A stretch of DNA of 64,000 nucleotides from Spongospora subterranea f. sp. subterranea. Lineage: Eukaryota. This document shows positions 49,555-62,958 of the stretch, in pieces. The translations under genes were made by a program, and so were the position numbers. Numbering within the stretch: the first letter of the stretch is position 1; every line of letters starts with the position of its first letter. The stretch is taken from contig JAUGWO010000056.1 of assembly GCA_049724395.1 (NCBI GenBank), positions 1 to 64,000 of the forward strand, written 5' to 3'. A model generated the notes under the pieces. The model did not search any database. It saw only the letters and a program-made list of their open reading frames with translations, and was not told the origin of the DNA.

Positions 49555-52148
49555 AGATCATGGGGCAGCACCACGATTGGAGGAGTACAACGGTCGACCT
49601 CGGCGACCAAACAGATACATCACGCAAGTCACGACCATCGCTCGTCTGACAACTTTAGTGGACTGTCCAGCGAACGGCAGGAAAACCAATTCATCGACAG
49701 AGTGACGCAATAACACCGTTCAAGAACATACGACGACATTCGGTCAATGAACACGGAGCCACAAATTCAGGAAATCAGAGAAATAATGGATCATACAAGC
49801 ACGATTGAGACCACAAAGGTAAACGGGCGTCACGTGCAGATCATAACCCAAACGACAAGCTGTGGAGGAAACAGGGTCTTGCCCGCTTCATTAACCGGAC
49901 CAGCGATGTAAGAACGAGGCAAATACAATCGTGGTTGATATCGGACCGAATGCCAGCAATAACATGGATCCCTGAATATTCCAGAAATTCGAAGACGATC
50001 ACGGTAACGGAGGAAAACTTGAAACAAAAGGAGTCCGAACAATGACAAAGACCCATTGCTCCTTTTCATTTTGGCCCAGTTCAATTGTCATTGTTCCTTG
50101 TTTCTGTTGCTTCAGGTTTTCCTCGATCACTTGCCCTCACCCAATATCCCAAATTCCAGTTATTATTAAAGGAAACGCATAGTCCTTGGGAAACCATGTG
50201 CTATAACCAATTGAGGAAATGTGATTCAGGAGGAACACCAGGAACGACTTCATGACCGTTGTCGAACTGATCTGATCTCGATGATCGTTCGATCGAGATC
50301 AGCATCGTTCAGGACAATTTAGAAATGTTCCGACTGAAAATTCTGATCTGAGAAAGCAACGGCCAGCCAAACGGGGAAAGATGTACTCTCTCTGTTGTTT
50401 TGACCATCTGTTGAACGAGTGGAGCTGCTGCAACAGCAAACCTTTCTGTCATCCGACGTGAAGGGGAGTTGACGTGATGATGCGGTCGTGGACGGTCAAG
50501 CGATTTGCTGCATTGAACAGTTATTGAGACGGTGGTGAAGAGCTTTAGATCGCGAGCTGTTGTGTCAAACGTTTGGAAATGCGTGCGAAGCCAACAAAGT
50601 TCTCAGGACGATTGCTGGTCCTCGGGAATGTCTCTTGATTCATCATTGGAATGTGTGCATGTGTTGTACGTAAGCCATCTGCCGGCACAACAACTGTGCA
50701 TGTTTAGCTGCATGAAATGACACCGTTCATTTGTAGCTTGGTCGTGCGGTGGCGTTGGAGGGAGGGAGGCTGGACACAGGCTTTGTGAGGTCTTCCGCCC
50801 CATTTCGACTTCAACATTGGTGTTAGTCCTGGTCCTCCCAGGCTGGTATGTGCACCAGTAATGAATTTCGAGGCTGTTTCGCCATCCGTAATAAATTGCT
50901 TCATGTTTTCTTTTAGCCCTCTTTTGGTGAGCTTTGCTTGTCGAAAATGAATGATGCCCAAACCACCACTTGCGAAACGATATATCAAAATGACTTGTGA
51001 TTTTGTATTATTATTGAAAAAAGGGCCATTGAGATAAAAAATGACAATTCCGACCTGATTCTTGCAGGCTTTGGTTTGCGTTCAAAAGAAAATACATGTC
51101 GTCATTATTCGTTCAAGAGCGCAACAATCGCAGATTGGCCTTTCTGTGGAAAGAATCTCGAGTCGCTCGTTGAGAAACATGTCGCAAATCGCTTATTGGC
51201 TTCTTAATCATCTATTTTTGCGCTCGAGTTGATCATCGTTGTGTTTGCTTCAAGCAATAAATTTGTCTTCGTGATGGAACCCATCGTTGAGGGCCATTGA
51301 TCGCTTATGCAATTATCGTTGCCTGACTTTTGATTGTGAGAATAGGCGGGTCATCATTTATCCTGATCTGAGTGATCCCCTTATCCGTTGCCATTGAATT
51401 GGAAGTTGTCGCTAATATCGTTTTTACATCCAATCTTGATTAATTTGGGTAATAGCGCAGCGAATGCCAGCAATGATAAATGCACCATGCGTTTCCTTTA
51501 ATTATAACTGGAATTTGGGATTTTGGGTGAGGGCAAGTGATCGAGGAAAACCTGAAGCAACAGAAACAAGGAACAATGACAATTGAACTGGGCCAAAATG
51601 AAAAGGAGCAATGGGTCTTTGTCATTGTTCGGACTCCTTTTGTTTCAAGTTTTCCTCCGTTCCCGTGATCGGTCTTCGAATATCTGGAATAATAAGGGAT
51701 CCATGTTATTGCTGGCATTCGGTCCGATATCAACCACGATTGTATTTGCCTCGTTCTTACATCGCTGGTCCGGTTAATGAAGCTGACAAGACCCTGTTTC
51801 CTCCACAGCTTGTCGTTTGGGTTATGATCTGCACGTGACGCCCGTTTACCTTCGTGGTCTCAATCCTGCTTGTATGATCCATTATTTCTCTGATGTCCTG
51901 AGTTTGTGGCTCCGTGTTCATTGACCGAATGTCGTCGTATGTTCTTGAACGGTGTTATTGCGTGTTAATTTTGTTTTACTATTATGATGTCCCAGTTGCA
52001 CTCTGTCGATGAATTGGTTTTCCTGCCGTTCGCTGGACAGTCCACTAAAGTTGTCAGACGAGCGATGGTCGTGACTTGCGTGATGTTTCTGTTTGGTCGC
52101 CGAGGTCGACCGTTGTACTCCTCAAATCGTGGTCCTGCCCCATGATCT
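49555..52148. repeat. Long inverted repeat: about 625-bp arms (49555-50180 and 51488-52148) around a 1.3-kb spacer
   Basis: The arms are reverse complements, and ORF 49830-50084(-) mirrors 51583-51838(+). The right arm has a small insertion near 51963-51995. Confidence 0.9.
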
Positions 52149-54078
52149 CATCGCTGCGGAGCTGATAACGGTTTTCACGAAAAAAGGTCCAGGTCTGGAT
52201 CAATTGGGACGCCGACCGGCGCAGACAACATGAGGTTGATCGCGTCGTATGTGATTATCGAAAATCGAATCGGGATCAGTATGATGTAGATTATGGTTGT
52301 GCTTTGCTTTGAAAACGAATTCGTCATCTATTCCCAGCGCAGCAGAAACCAGTTTCAGACCTGGATTCCAATGAAGGATGATGTCAACCCCTGTGTTACG
52401 ATGAAATGCATCAGAAGCGATCTTGACACAACTCCAGCGGAAAGCCAAGAGATTGTTTAGCGGCTTTACCGCTTTCTCAGCGTTTTCCATAGCTAGATAG
52501 ACTGTGATCGTTTACATGGCAAAAGCAGCATTGAGATAGCAATCTGATGTCCAAACAATCGCGATTGATCTCATTGATCGGAACCCCCATCTGATGATCA
52601 GTGGAGGAAGGTTGGTCGAACGCTTTCCCGAATTCCATTGATCAACAGCCGTCAGATCGTAGATGTACGTGAACGTTGATAGGACATGTCTGATCCGATG
52701 AAAACCGCCCTGACCTGACCCGATATCTCATTCCATGAACCCATTTCCAGCATCATGGGACAGGTCAACAGAACAACCAAAAGGAGTATTTATTAAATCT
52801 CCCGCTCAAACAACCCGAATCCAACTCGGAGTATAATCTGAAGGATTGAGAGTGATCAGATTCAACAGTTTGTGGGGGATTCCATGTTGAGACAATGTGA
52901 CAAAGTCCACGGCACCACAGACGAAATACAGACCCAATAAATGATTGGATTCAACTCAAATTGAACCTCCATGACCGACCTGACTTGCAGGTAAATTCCT
53001 GAATGGCAGTGGCGGATGGATATAGAAACTTTACAGAGAAAGGGTCCCAGATTCAACAATCATTTCGTCGAAATTTCAGAAAAATCACGTTGAAAAACCA
53101 CAATTGTCTTTCCATTAGCCAGATAGGTTCCAATTTCGGCTTGCTTTTTGCAGATACAACATTGAGAATCCCCACTTGGATTCCTCCTGTCACAAAAGAA
53201 AACTTTCTTCGCGTAAAATCGTCCTGAGTTTAGTTTTGGTCAAGCTATAACCACACAGTGGCCGGAGAATAGTAGGGTGATCTTGATCGGTATGAGGATC
53301 CGACACAAGTCAGGAATGACCTGACACAAACGATTTTTTGGTAAAGGAATCGCCCAGATGAGGTGATTCAGGGGAAGGCGTTGCGTTGCAGCAATCTGAC
53401 GCCATCCAGTGTTTGATTGTTGTTTTGAGCGAGTGCCGCCCAAACAGATCGTCGAGAAGCATTGATTAAATGTCAGTCAAAAAATTTGAACGTATAAATG
53501 GATTGTTTTATTACATTTGTTCATGCATTTCGTCTAGTTCGAAAAAAAATCAATCTGATGTGAGATCAGCGTCCTGATGATCGCTTTGCGATCGGCCAAG
53601 ATTGACTTGAGTTGATGATGCGCGTTTGTGCGAACGAGTGTCAAAGAGGGATGAAGAATTTGCAAAGGGATAACGGATTGCGATTGGTGTCAAGACCTGG
53701 AAAAAGTAAAAATGTCGGCCAGCACAGACACATATTCGAGAGCCGGTATAACCAAACATCAAACGCAGTGCGGCAATTGCCAGTAAGAGTCGAAAAGGAA
53801 GAGTCCAGAAACATTTTCAGGGGGTGAGAGCAATGACTGTGTCACGATGGTATCTGGAATGAACAGTCATCCACAGACTGATGCAACGGTAAGGCCAGCG
53901 AGTCAAAACCCCCGAGTCCAGAAACATTCGGAGGGTGAGTTTAGAGAGAGTGTAACGACGGGAACGAAGATGGAACATCTGGAAGGAACTGCTCTTCCCA
54001 GGCTGTTGCAACGGTAACTCAGCCTTTCTATTTCCTGGCGACACGTTTGGGTGTTGCTCGTGCATCTGGCCCGGGGAA

Positions 54079-55538
54079 ATGCTTCGCCGAAGAACGCCGA
54101 CGTCGACAGCATTTGAATCCAATTCGATACGTCGGCGACTGGTTCCGTCTCGCCACCTGTCGGTGACACTCTCCCTGATCATTCTGATTCTCCTGTTTAG
54201 CACGTTCCTGATCCTGCAAAGCGTGAAGATGGACGCTAGGCGACTTCGGCATTCGGCCGATCATGTCTATACGGACGCGACCGCACCTTACAAGAACGAA
54301 CCGGTAGCCGAGTACCGTTCTCGTCTCGATCAGGACCTGCGCGTCCGAACCGGCCCGACCATATTCGTATCGATCGCCTCATATCGCGACGAGGCCTGCC
54401 CTGGCACGATCACGGATCTGTTTTGGAAGGCGGCGAACCCCAGTCGAATCACAATCGGTCTCGTCGACCAAACCAATCTGGAAGACCCCGACACCGACGA
54501 TGTGTTCTGCGAATCGCTGCTGACGCCGCAGCAACGTCGGCAGGTCCGTCTGATCCGGGTATCCCACCGCAACGCCCGAGGCCCGACCTACGCCCGATAT
54601 CTGGCATCAAAGCTCTGGGAGTACGAGACCTATTTCATGCAGATCGACGCGCACACCCAGTTCGCCGATAATTGGGACGACAAGCTGATCGCCAACCTGG
54701 AGGCGATGCCGGTTCCGGAGTCCTTCGTCATCACGCACTATCCGCCGGGCACTCCGGATGAGTTCAGTGCTGAGTCGCCAGTTCCCTGGATCTGCGCCCC
54801 AGAAGACCATGAACAGGCCCCTCGCGGCCTGTTCGTCCAGGCCCAAGGGCAGTGTTTGCCCCCGAATATGTCTGACGACCTGCCGGCCGGCACATGTGTG
54901 TCGCCATTTCTGGGCGGCGGATTGATGTTTGGAAGGGCGACATTGCTCAAGGACGCACCCTATGATAAATATCTGGATTATCTATTCCATGGAGAGGAAG
55001 TCCTCATCGTAAGTCTTGTTTACCCAGTTTTGCCATCACCTTCAGACATTTCATCTGTGAGCTCCTTGACCGCGCCTGGCTCTCATTGCGTCTCATGTCA
55101 ATGTCGCTGTTGAAGCTTGTCAATGGTTTTGTGAATTTTTCGTGTTTTGCGTTTTGTATAGGATTGCTGATCATGTCTGATTTGTTGGATTAGGCAGCTC
55201 GATTATGGACCCGAGGATATACGCTTGTCACTCCTCGACAGAATGTCGTCAGCCACACGTACGGGGGGCGGGAGAAGAACGTTTATGGGGATGGGATCGA
55301 TGTCGACGTTGCCAGGCGCTCAGAGGCCCGAGTTCGCTGGCTCCTGGACGCGACCCTCGACGAAGACAACGAGGACGATATCGACCTGAACGAGGTGAAC
55401 GAGCTCGGAATGGGTTTCGAACGTCCCATACAGGATTATTTGGAGTTCGCTGGACTTGGTGGCATGAGCGAAAGAGTTTTCCAAACACGCTGCCAACAAA
55501 GATACGATCAGGGCAAATGGGTCGATGTTGTCAATTGA
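54079..55538 (+). CDS. GT60-family (Gnt1-like) polypeptide GlcNAc-transferase, type II membrane; 2 exons (54079-55008, 55194-55538)
   Basis: N-terminal TM helix; IFVSIASYRD, ARGPTYARYLASKLW, MQIDAH, LFHGEE. After the intron, in-frame AARLWTRGY...LGMGFERPIQDYLEFAG. Confidence 0.9.
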
Positions 55539-56136
55539 CTTTTTTGCCAGTCACTTTAATTAAACAGTCAATGTTGTTGATTTATGTCGACAGCGATCAA
55601 CACTCAGTTTATCGTTTCCTGAATCGTTTATCTTGAGTTTTGCGTCTCAGGCGAAGCGAGGTTGCTTTCTGTTTGTGAGTTGGGCGCCATTTACAACAAG
55701 GCAAGGCGTATGTGGTCTGCGAGACCCTGAACAATTAAATCTCGCCCGTCGGGGTGATGGCAGGATCGGCATCTCCTGCCGTTCCTCCTCGGTCGTTGAA
55801 TGAGAATATCGGATGAGCCTAACAGTTTAATTTTGGATGGATCTGCTCCAACAGTGCCAAGCCCGTTTTTCACAATTAACGATATATATACGGTCCTTTG
55901 ACGCATCCCAAGCCTCGCTCACCCATTTGGTGATGAGGATTCGTCTTTCTCGAGCAGTAAATTCCCCGTCAAATTATTTAAAAAAAAATAAAGGCAGCGC
56001 CGTTCGACTATGAATACGAGGAGTCAAACGGACGAGCGAAGCAGAAGGAAAAGAAGATAACGAAGAAGAAAAAGTGACAACAACATGGCTTGATCTCATT
56101 TTTCATCAAATTTATTAAAAAAATGCTTTTGTTAAG

Positions 56137-56195
56137 ACCCTAAACAGTGATATGAACCAGCGTTTAGGGTTTTAGGCACCTAAAACCAGGGTTCA
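56137..56195. other. Cluster of telomere-like motifs in both orientations
   Basis: accctaaac...gtttagggttttagg-ca-cctaaaacc-agggttca. Confidence 0.55.
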
Positions 56196-57469
56196 GCCCT
56201 TGTACAAGATCTCTTATCAGACAGATTTACTACATCTACACAGTGAGTATGAAAAGAGTTCATCATTTTCGCATTTTCCATCTTCTATATTTTTCAATTT
56301 TCAATTCATGGCTCTCGAGACTAGGTCGCGAAGCCAGAGTGATGATGAACAGGGCATAGACAACTCTCAATCCCAGCGCATCAAATAGCACAAAACACAA
56401 TCCATCGAGAAAGCAACAGCTCTGTAGTTGCGATTCATGAGTGTGGAAGCCACTCTGGGCCAATGTTGTTAACAAGGGCGTCATGTTCGAATCCGGTTCC
56501 AGGATCAGGTACGCCATGGATTGTTCGTGAACTACTTGGCAGCGCAACGCTTCCGAGTCTACTCTCCGCTGTTATCCCTCCCATATCGTGGCTCGCCGTC
56601 CATCGTCCCGTCCGGCACTGCATTCAAACCTGGCGTTGCGCCTCAGTCGCAAACTAGATGAAATCGCCTTCTGTGAATTCTCATACCGCAAAACGGGCGA
56701 TCCTGTCAAAATTCGAAGACGAGCCACTTCTTGAGAAGTTCATCGAGTCGATGAGCAGGTATCTGGTGCGTTATCGATGGTGCGAGCAACGCTGGGGCAT
56801 GGACCTATGAGGAGTATCATATCATTGATATCGATGCTAGGCGTGGACTGGCCATAGCCACCCGAGCTTTGCTTGCCGAGACGATCAAGGTTCACTGGAC
56901 ACCAAGATTCCGTTGGTTCTGGATTCAGCAAGCGTCAATGGACCTGATCGTAGTCAGACCGACCGGAACGTCAGTTTCACGAATGGGGACGCGACTCAAA
57001 ATTCGCGCCATGTGGATTATTTTAATGGTCGTCACAAGGCTTTATCCAATAACTCGTTCACAAGTAAAGGCCTCACGGTCGCCTATCTTAGTAAGTCGTT
57101 ATTAGTGTGATTAAAAACTTTCACGATGGGTCCCGTGGCTGTTGAATTTGTGTTAATTTTTTTTTGTCCCAGCACCATATTTTTGACAATCCTGATCCAG
57201 TCCAAAGTTTTACGGGTTCAAATCAGTCTTTGTGTGGTCCGCCTTCTGATATAGTGTTTCGTTGGTTGGTAGATGAGTGGGAAATGAACATTTAGTAGAT
57301 GAGATGGTCTTGCCCCAGAAGCACCTGGAATGCCGTTTCATGGTAGATTTGCATCGGATTTAATCCTCGCCACACACGAAATTGCTGTATTCAAAACAAT
57401 TCCACTGTGTCAGTTTCTCACAATCGGTTGTTTCAATGGATAATTCACATCGCGCATGTCGAAATCGCT

Positions 57470-57790
57470 TGTCAGATCACAGATTCTATTAAAACAGGTG
57501 TTCGTTATTGGTTAGTAAAATTATTATGTATTGTAGATCTCGTAATTTCGATCATAGTCATTTCGTCATCATCATCCAATAGAGGGTGATTCTCACGAGT
57601 CATCGTCCTTCCAACACGCCCTCTCGATGGTGAGCCCAAGGACCGCGGGTCGTAGACGGTCAAATGGTGTCGCGTTGAGGGCCTTAGTCAAAAGATCTGC
57701 TCTCATGTCCTCTGTCGGACAGTACTTAACTTCGATTTCACCTGCCGCGATCAGGTCTCTTGTATAACGGAAACACACGTCGATATGTCA
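57470..57790 (-). mobile_element. Ty1/copia 3' remnant: RNase H end, PPT and 3' LTR (57470-57616)
   Basis: HIDVCFRYTRDLIAAGEIEVKYCPTEDMRADLLTKAL, then gagagggcg and a tgttgg...tgaca LTR. Confidence 0.8.
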
Positions 57791-59459
57791 GCGCGTCCCA
57801 ACCGATAATTTTAGCCTAGCTTCGGTTTCGATGACTGATGGACTTTCGATTCGGCTTTGTAAGCGGCTGTCTATGAACTGGGATTACGCTATCTGCTTGG
57901 CGTAAAAGCCACCAATCGATCCTCAATGCCACAGTGGAAATGGATTCAGAGCTTCGCAATGCCTTCATATGACAGATTGACGCTTGTGACTTTCTACCAC
58001 TTGTTGATTGCGAGATATCGGTGTGGGCTTCTTCAACACACTCTATGTCAGAATTCCTTGGTGATGGTGATTCTCAGTTCGGCTTCTTCATTTTCGTTCT
58101 AGTCCAGACGAAGAAATTTTTGTGCGACGTTCAGATCCAAATCGTTTAATGCAGAAGATGTGGCTAAACAACGGGCAGAGTCCAACAATGCAACCATCAA
58201 AGAATCTGGTCTCAACAGTCGCATATTGCAAAGTTCAACTTAAACCAGATAATTAGGCAGACCATTTCTTTGTCAAAAGGCAAGATGGGGCTTTGTGCGC
58301 GAAAATCAAAGGTGAGTTTTGGCCATTGGAGGAAGGGGCAGAACCTTCTAATTAGCGAGTATGAGCCCGTACTTGCTTCTCCGTCTTCTGTACGGCTCCC
58401 CCAACGATAATCATGCCGTTTTTGATGAGGCTGATAACAAAAGAAAAAGTGAATCCACAAGAATTGATGGCCTGATTTTGAGTATACCGATGATCATCAC
58501 GATAAGTATTTTGAGGTGATCAAGCTACAACGTGACACAAATTGAAATTGAGCAGCATCTGGGTTCTATGAAGACAAAGCCGTCAAATTGAACCAATACT
58601 GATTGGTGACCTGATCTGCCATTTGAATGATGACGGCTGCTGTGGATGAAAACTGACGCCTACCTAGGGAATATATACTTCGTTAGAATTGAAATACATT
58701 GAATGTGGATGGAGCAAAAAAATATTCGTGCGTTGAACTAAAAATTTGGTGTTAAGGGGCATCGTGGCGCTCAAAAATATAAAACAAACAGCGAATCAAA
58801 GGGACTTCAAGTTTCAGAAAGAATTGAGCGCAAACACGAATTGGTGATATGACCTGACATGCAAAGTATGAAGGAAGGGGTAATGAAAACTGACGGGAAC
58901 TTGGGGTCGTTAGATTTCAAAATGAACCACGTGCATCAAATCAGTCCGGGTGGTGTCTTTTATCCCTCGTTGAGAAATTCCAGTCTCTCCACTCGGAAAC
59001 CTTATGTACAGTCACAAAATACTGAGATTTATTGAGTGATAGTAGAAGGTGGAAGGATGTCTGGCAATCTACCCATTCCAGTTGTGAATTTAATATTTAA
59101 ATCATAAATGAACCCATCACCAATGAGATTGGCTCTAGGTTCTCTACATTTGATTTGATTTTGGATTTGTCAAAGAAATTTACGAGTTGTGTAGAATTTT
59201 GTCGAAGTGATCAACTAAATTGAATATATCGCATGCCTGTATTCCAGACCTTCGTCCTTGCGTCTAGCCTACTTTCCTCGTCAATAATGGCTTCAACAAT
59301 AGCTGCTGAAGACGCAAACGAGGCTCGTAAAGGGCATTTGGACCTCTCCGCGCGATGATTATGCATGGAACAGCACCAGCCTTGACGCACGTCGAACATT
59401 TGCCTTTCTTACGCCGAGAAGATCAACCACTTAAATACAACAACATGGTTTGCGTTGCC

Positions 59460-59960
59460 TGCTCTCTCACATGAGCCAATACCTGTTAATATCATCCCAA
59501 CCCTGCCTCTTCTTCCTAAGGTGAAGCACTGGAACTGTTAAAAACGGCACTGCAGGTACATTTCCAGGTTGAAGAAATGCTGCCCTCCCATCGCCATGCA
59601 AACTGTTGCCAAATGCCAGCAGATTCACAGTGAGCATACGGTATGTATGCTCGTTGCTAATCGCATGTAGATTGATTTTCAGAAATTCTTAATCTTAGAA
59701 TATCGAACGTCTTCCTTGACAGGATCCAGGACACCCTGATATGCCGCAATATTGATGCGATTGCGAATTTCCCGGACCCATTGTATTGTTTCTGGATGAG
59801 GGTCCTCAATTCCGTTGGGATGAATCGAGTTCAAAAACGATGCAATTATTCGAAGCTATGGTTCGGATCGACACTCAACAGTATCTTCAAAATATCAACA
59901 CACCCGATTTCAGCAAGTTCATAGGAGGGATCATCACCAGCCTCAACACGATGATGACAG
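59460..59960 (+). pseudogene. Possible degenerate TLH-like remnant
   Basis: IPTLPLLPKVKHWNC..HCRY resembles PPVPGVKIVSGYQC..CAY. PQFRWDESSSKTM...INTPDFSKFI resembles PQFYWADDDCRTL...ISIDHLSLMV. By-eye similarity only. Confidence 0.3.
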
Positions 59961-59969
59961 ACGTGCGGA

Positions 59970-62355
59970 AACGCCACATGTGGTTGAATATAACCACATT
60001 TATGCAGAATCCCTCTTACAGGATACGCCAAATGTGGTTGAATATAACCACAAGTATCCCTCTTACAAGATGTGAAATGTGGTCCGATAACCACATTATG
60101 CAATATCCCTCTTCAAGATACGCCAAATGTGCGGAAGATCACATTATGCAGTAGATTCTTGCCACATGTGGTCGAATATAACCCGTGCTCCCTTTCTATT
60201 GCTGCCACAAGAATATGTCCACATTATATCCCTCTTACAAGATACGCCAAATGTGCCATGAATATAACAGATTAAACGAAGCAGCTCCTTTTTTACAAGA
60301 TACGCCAAATGTGGTTCTCTATTTATGGAAGTGGTTGAATATCACATTATGCTCCCGTTACAACGATACGCCACAAGTGGTTGATTATGCAGTATCCCTC
60401 CAAGATACATGAATATAACCACATTATGCAGTGTCCCTCTTACAAGATACGCCACATGTGGTTAAATATATACCACATTATGCAGTATCCCTTTTACAAG
60501 ATACGCCACAAGTGGTTGAATATAACCACATTATGCAGTGATCCCTCTTACAAGATACGCCACAAGTGGTTGAATATAACCACATTATGCAGTATCCCTC
60601 TTACAAGATACGCCAGCATGTGGTTGAATATAACCACATTTGCAGTATCCCTCTTACAAGAAATGTGGTTGAATATAACCACATGCAGTCCCTCTTACAA
60701 GATAACATGTGGACGAATATAACCACATTATGCAGTATCCCTTTTACAAGATACGCCACAAGTGGTTGAAGATAACCACATTATGCAGCATCCCTCTTAC
60801 AAGATACGCCACAACTGGTTGAATATAACCACAATGCATATCCGGCTTCGATGCAGCACATGTGATACGAATATAACCACAGTTATCAGTTCCCTCTTAC
60901 AAGATACAGCAAGTCTGAATATAACGCAAATTATCAGAAACTGTTACAGATTCTCTGATGTGGTCGAATATAACCACATTATGCAGTGTCCCTCTTACAA
61001 GATACGCCACATGTGGGAATATAACCACATTATGCAGTATCCCTCTTACAAGATACGCCACATGTGGTTGAATATAACCACATTATGCAGTATCCCTCTT
61101 ACAACTTCAAGTTGTATGCGGTGTGTTATGGGTACCATCAACGATTGTGAAGTCGCCATACACTGTGGCGTATAACGACATGAACAGTCTATCCATAGGG
61201 TAAGCAAAATACGCCACATGAGATAATAACCACTGATGATTGTCACCTGCAAATAAACAGTTGATAAACGCTGCGACATGTCTATTGAATATAAAAACAT
61301 TATCCAGCATCCCTCTTATCATAGCCCGCTTCCATGAACTTGGTCATATAATCCACATCTTATGCCGAAATGTAATTCTTTCCCGCGTCGGATTGACCTG
61401 GACAAAAGGCCAGTCGAATACGTTTTACCAGGATTTGATCCCTCCAAAATTTCCCTAACCTGATTGGATGAGCTTTCAGTAATCTTAACCACATTAGAAG
61501 TGCAAAACAACGATTACCTTAGACAAAGGTACGCCAATTGTAGCGAGCAACGCCACTATGTGGTTAATTCACGCACATTATGCAGTATCCCTCTTTACTC
61601 CACATGTGGTTAAATATAACCACATTATGCAGTGTCCCTCTTACCAATATAACCACATTATGCAGTTCCCTTTTACAAGATACGCCACAAGTGGTTGAAT
61701 ATAACCAGCATCCCTCTTACAAGATACGCCACGTGGTTGAATATAACCACATTATGCAGTATCCCTCTTACAAGATACGCCACATGTGGTGATAATATAA
61801 CCACATTATGCAGTCTATCAAAAGATACGCCACATGTGACCAATATACACATTATGCAGTGATCCCTCTTACAAGATACGCCACACGTAACCACATTATG
61901 CAGTGTCCCTCTTACAAGATACGCCACATGTGGTTGAATATAACCACATTATGCAGTATCCCTCTTAACAAGATACGCCACATGTGATGGAATATAACCA
62001 CATTATGCAGTATCCCTCTTACAAGATACGCCACATGTGGTTAAATATAACCACATTATGCAGTGTCCCTCTTACAAGATACGCCACATGTGGTTGAATA
62101 TAACCACATTATGCAGTATCCCTCTTACGATACGCCCCATTTAAATACAACCACATACGCAGTGATCCTCACCAGATACGCCACATGTGGTTGAATTAAC
62201 CACATTATGCAGTATTTGGTCTTGGATCCCTCTTACAAGATACGCCACATGTGGTTGAATATAACCACATTATGCAGTGTCCCTCTTACAAGATTCGCCA
62301 CATGTGGTTAAATATAACCACATTATGCAGTATCCCTCTTACAAGATACGCCACA
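59970..62355 (+). repeat. 53-bp hairpin-rich satellite, partly degenerate or garbled, interrupted at about 61105-61550
   Basis: Unit gtggttgaatataaccacattatgcagtatccctcttacaagatacgccacat, with 53-bp spacing (e.g. 62038 to 62091). Confidence 0.93.
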
Positions 62356-62958
62356 CCAGCGAATCCACTTGTTTTGACGCTTCGTTCAATGTGTATAGGT
62401 CACGATTGTGGTTTTCTGTCATCTCCAATTGCAGTTTAGACAACGATAAGAGTGAATCGTGTTGAGTTTCATATCCTGTCTCAATTGCTTGTTTCGCGAG
62501 TTTGTCAATCTCTTTGCTATTGACAGCAGCGCCAATTGTTGAATTGACTAGCGAATTCGTAGCAATCAAGTGTTATCGTCTAGACCCACATTTAATCTTT
62601 GCGATGCCGGGATAGGAAGATTTGAAGGGCGTTTTTAAACGAAACAAGATGTTACGAACTACCCGCTATTTATTTTCTCTCATAAACGGGTTGAAACAAC
62701 ATGGCATGTCGAATGTCCCTCTCTCCTACGATATTGGCTTCGATAAGCAGCCACAACGTTATACAGCAACTAGTGCTGCAGAGCAACGCACCTATGAAAT
62801 GCAGAACTAAATCACAAAATATTGAATAGATTGGAGAGAATAATCGGGTATCTGAACCCTGGTGAATGACAATTAAAACCGTTCGTCTCACCCTCAACTC
62901 TGAACTCATCCTTGCCCGTTGGCGAACCGCCCTACTGTTGCGCCATCCCATTCCTTCA

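Noticed and set aside
59970..62355. CRISPR-like palindromic repeats or the short repetitive ORFs in the track
   Set aside because: No regular unique spacers. The 53-bp unit is not a multiple of 3, so the ORFs are by-products of the satellite.
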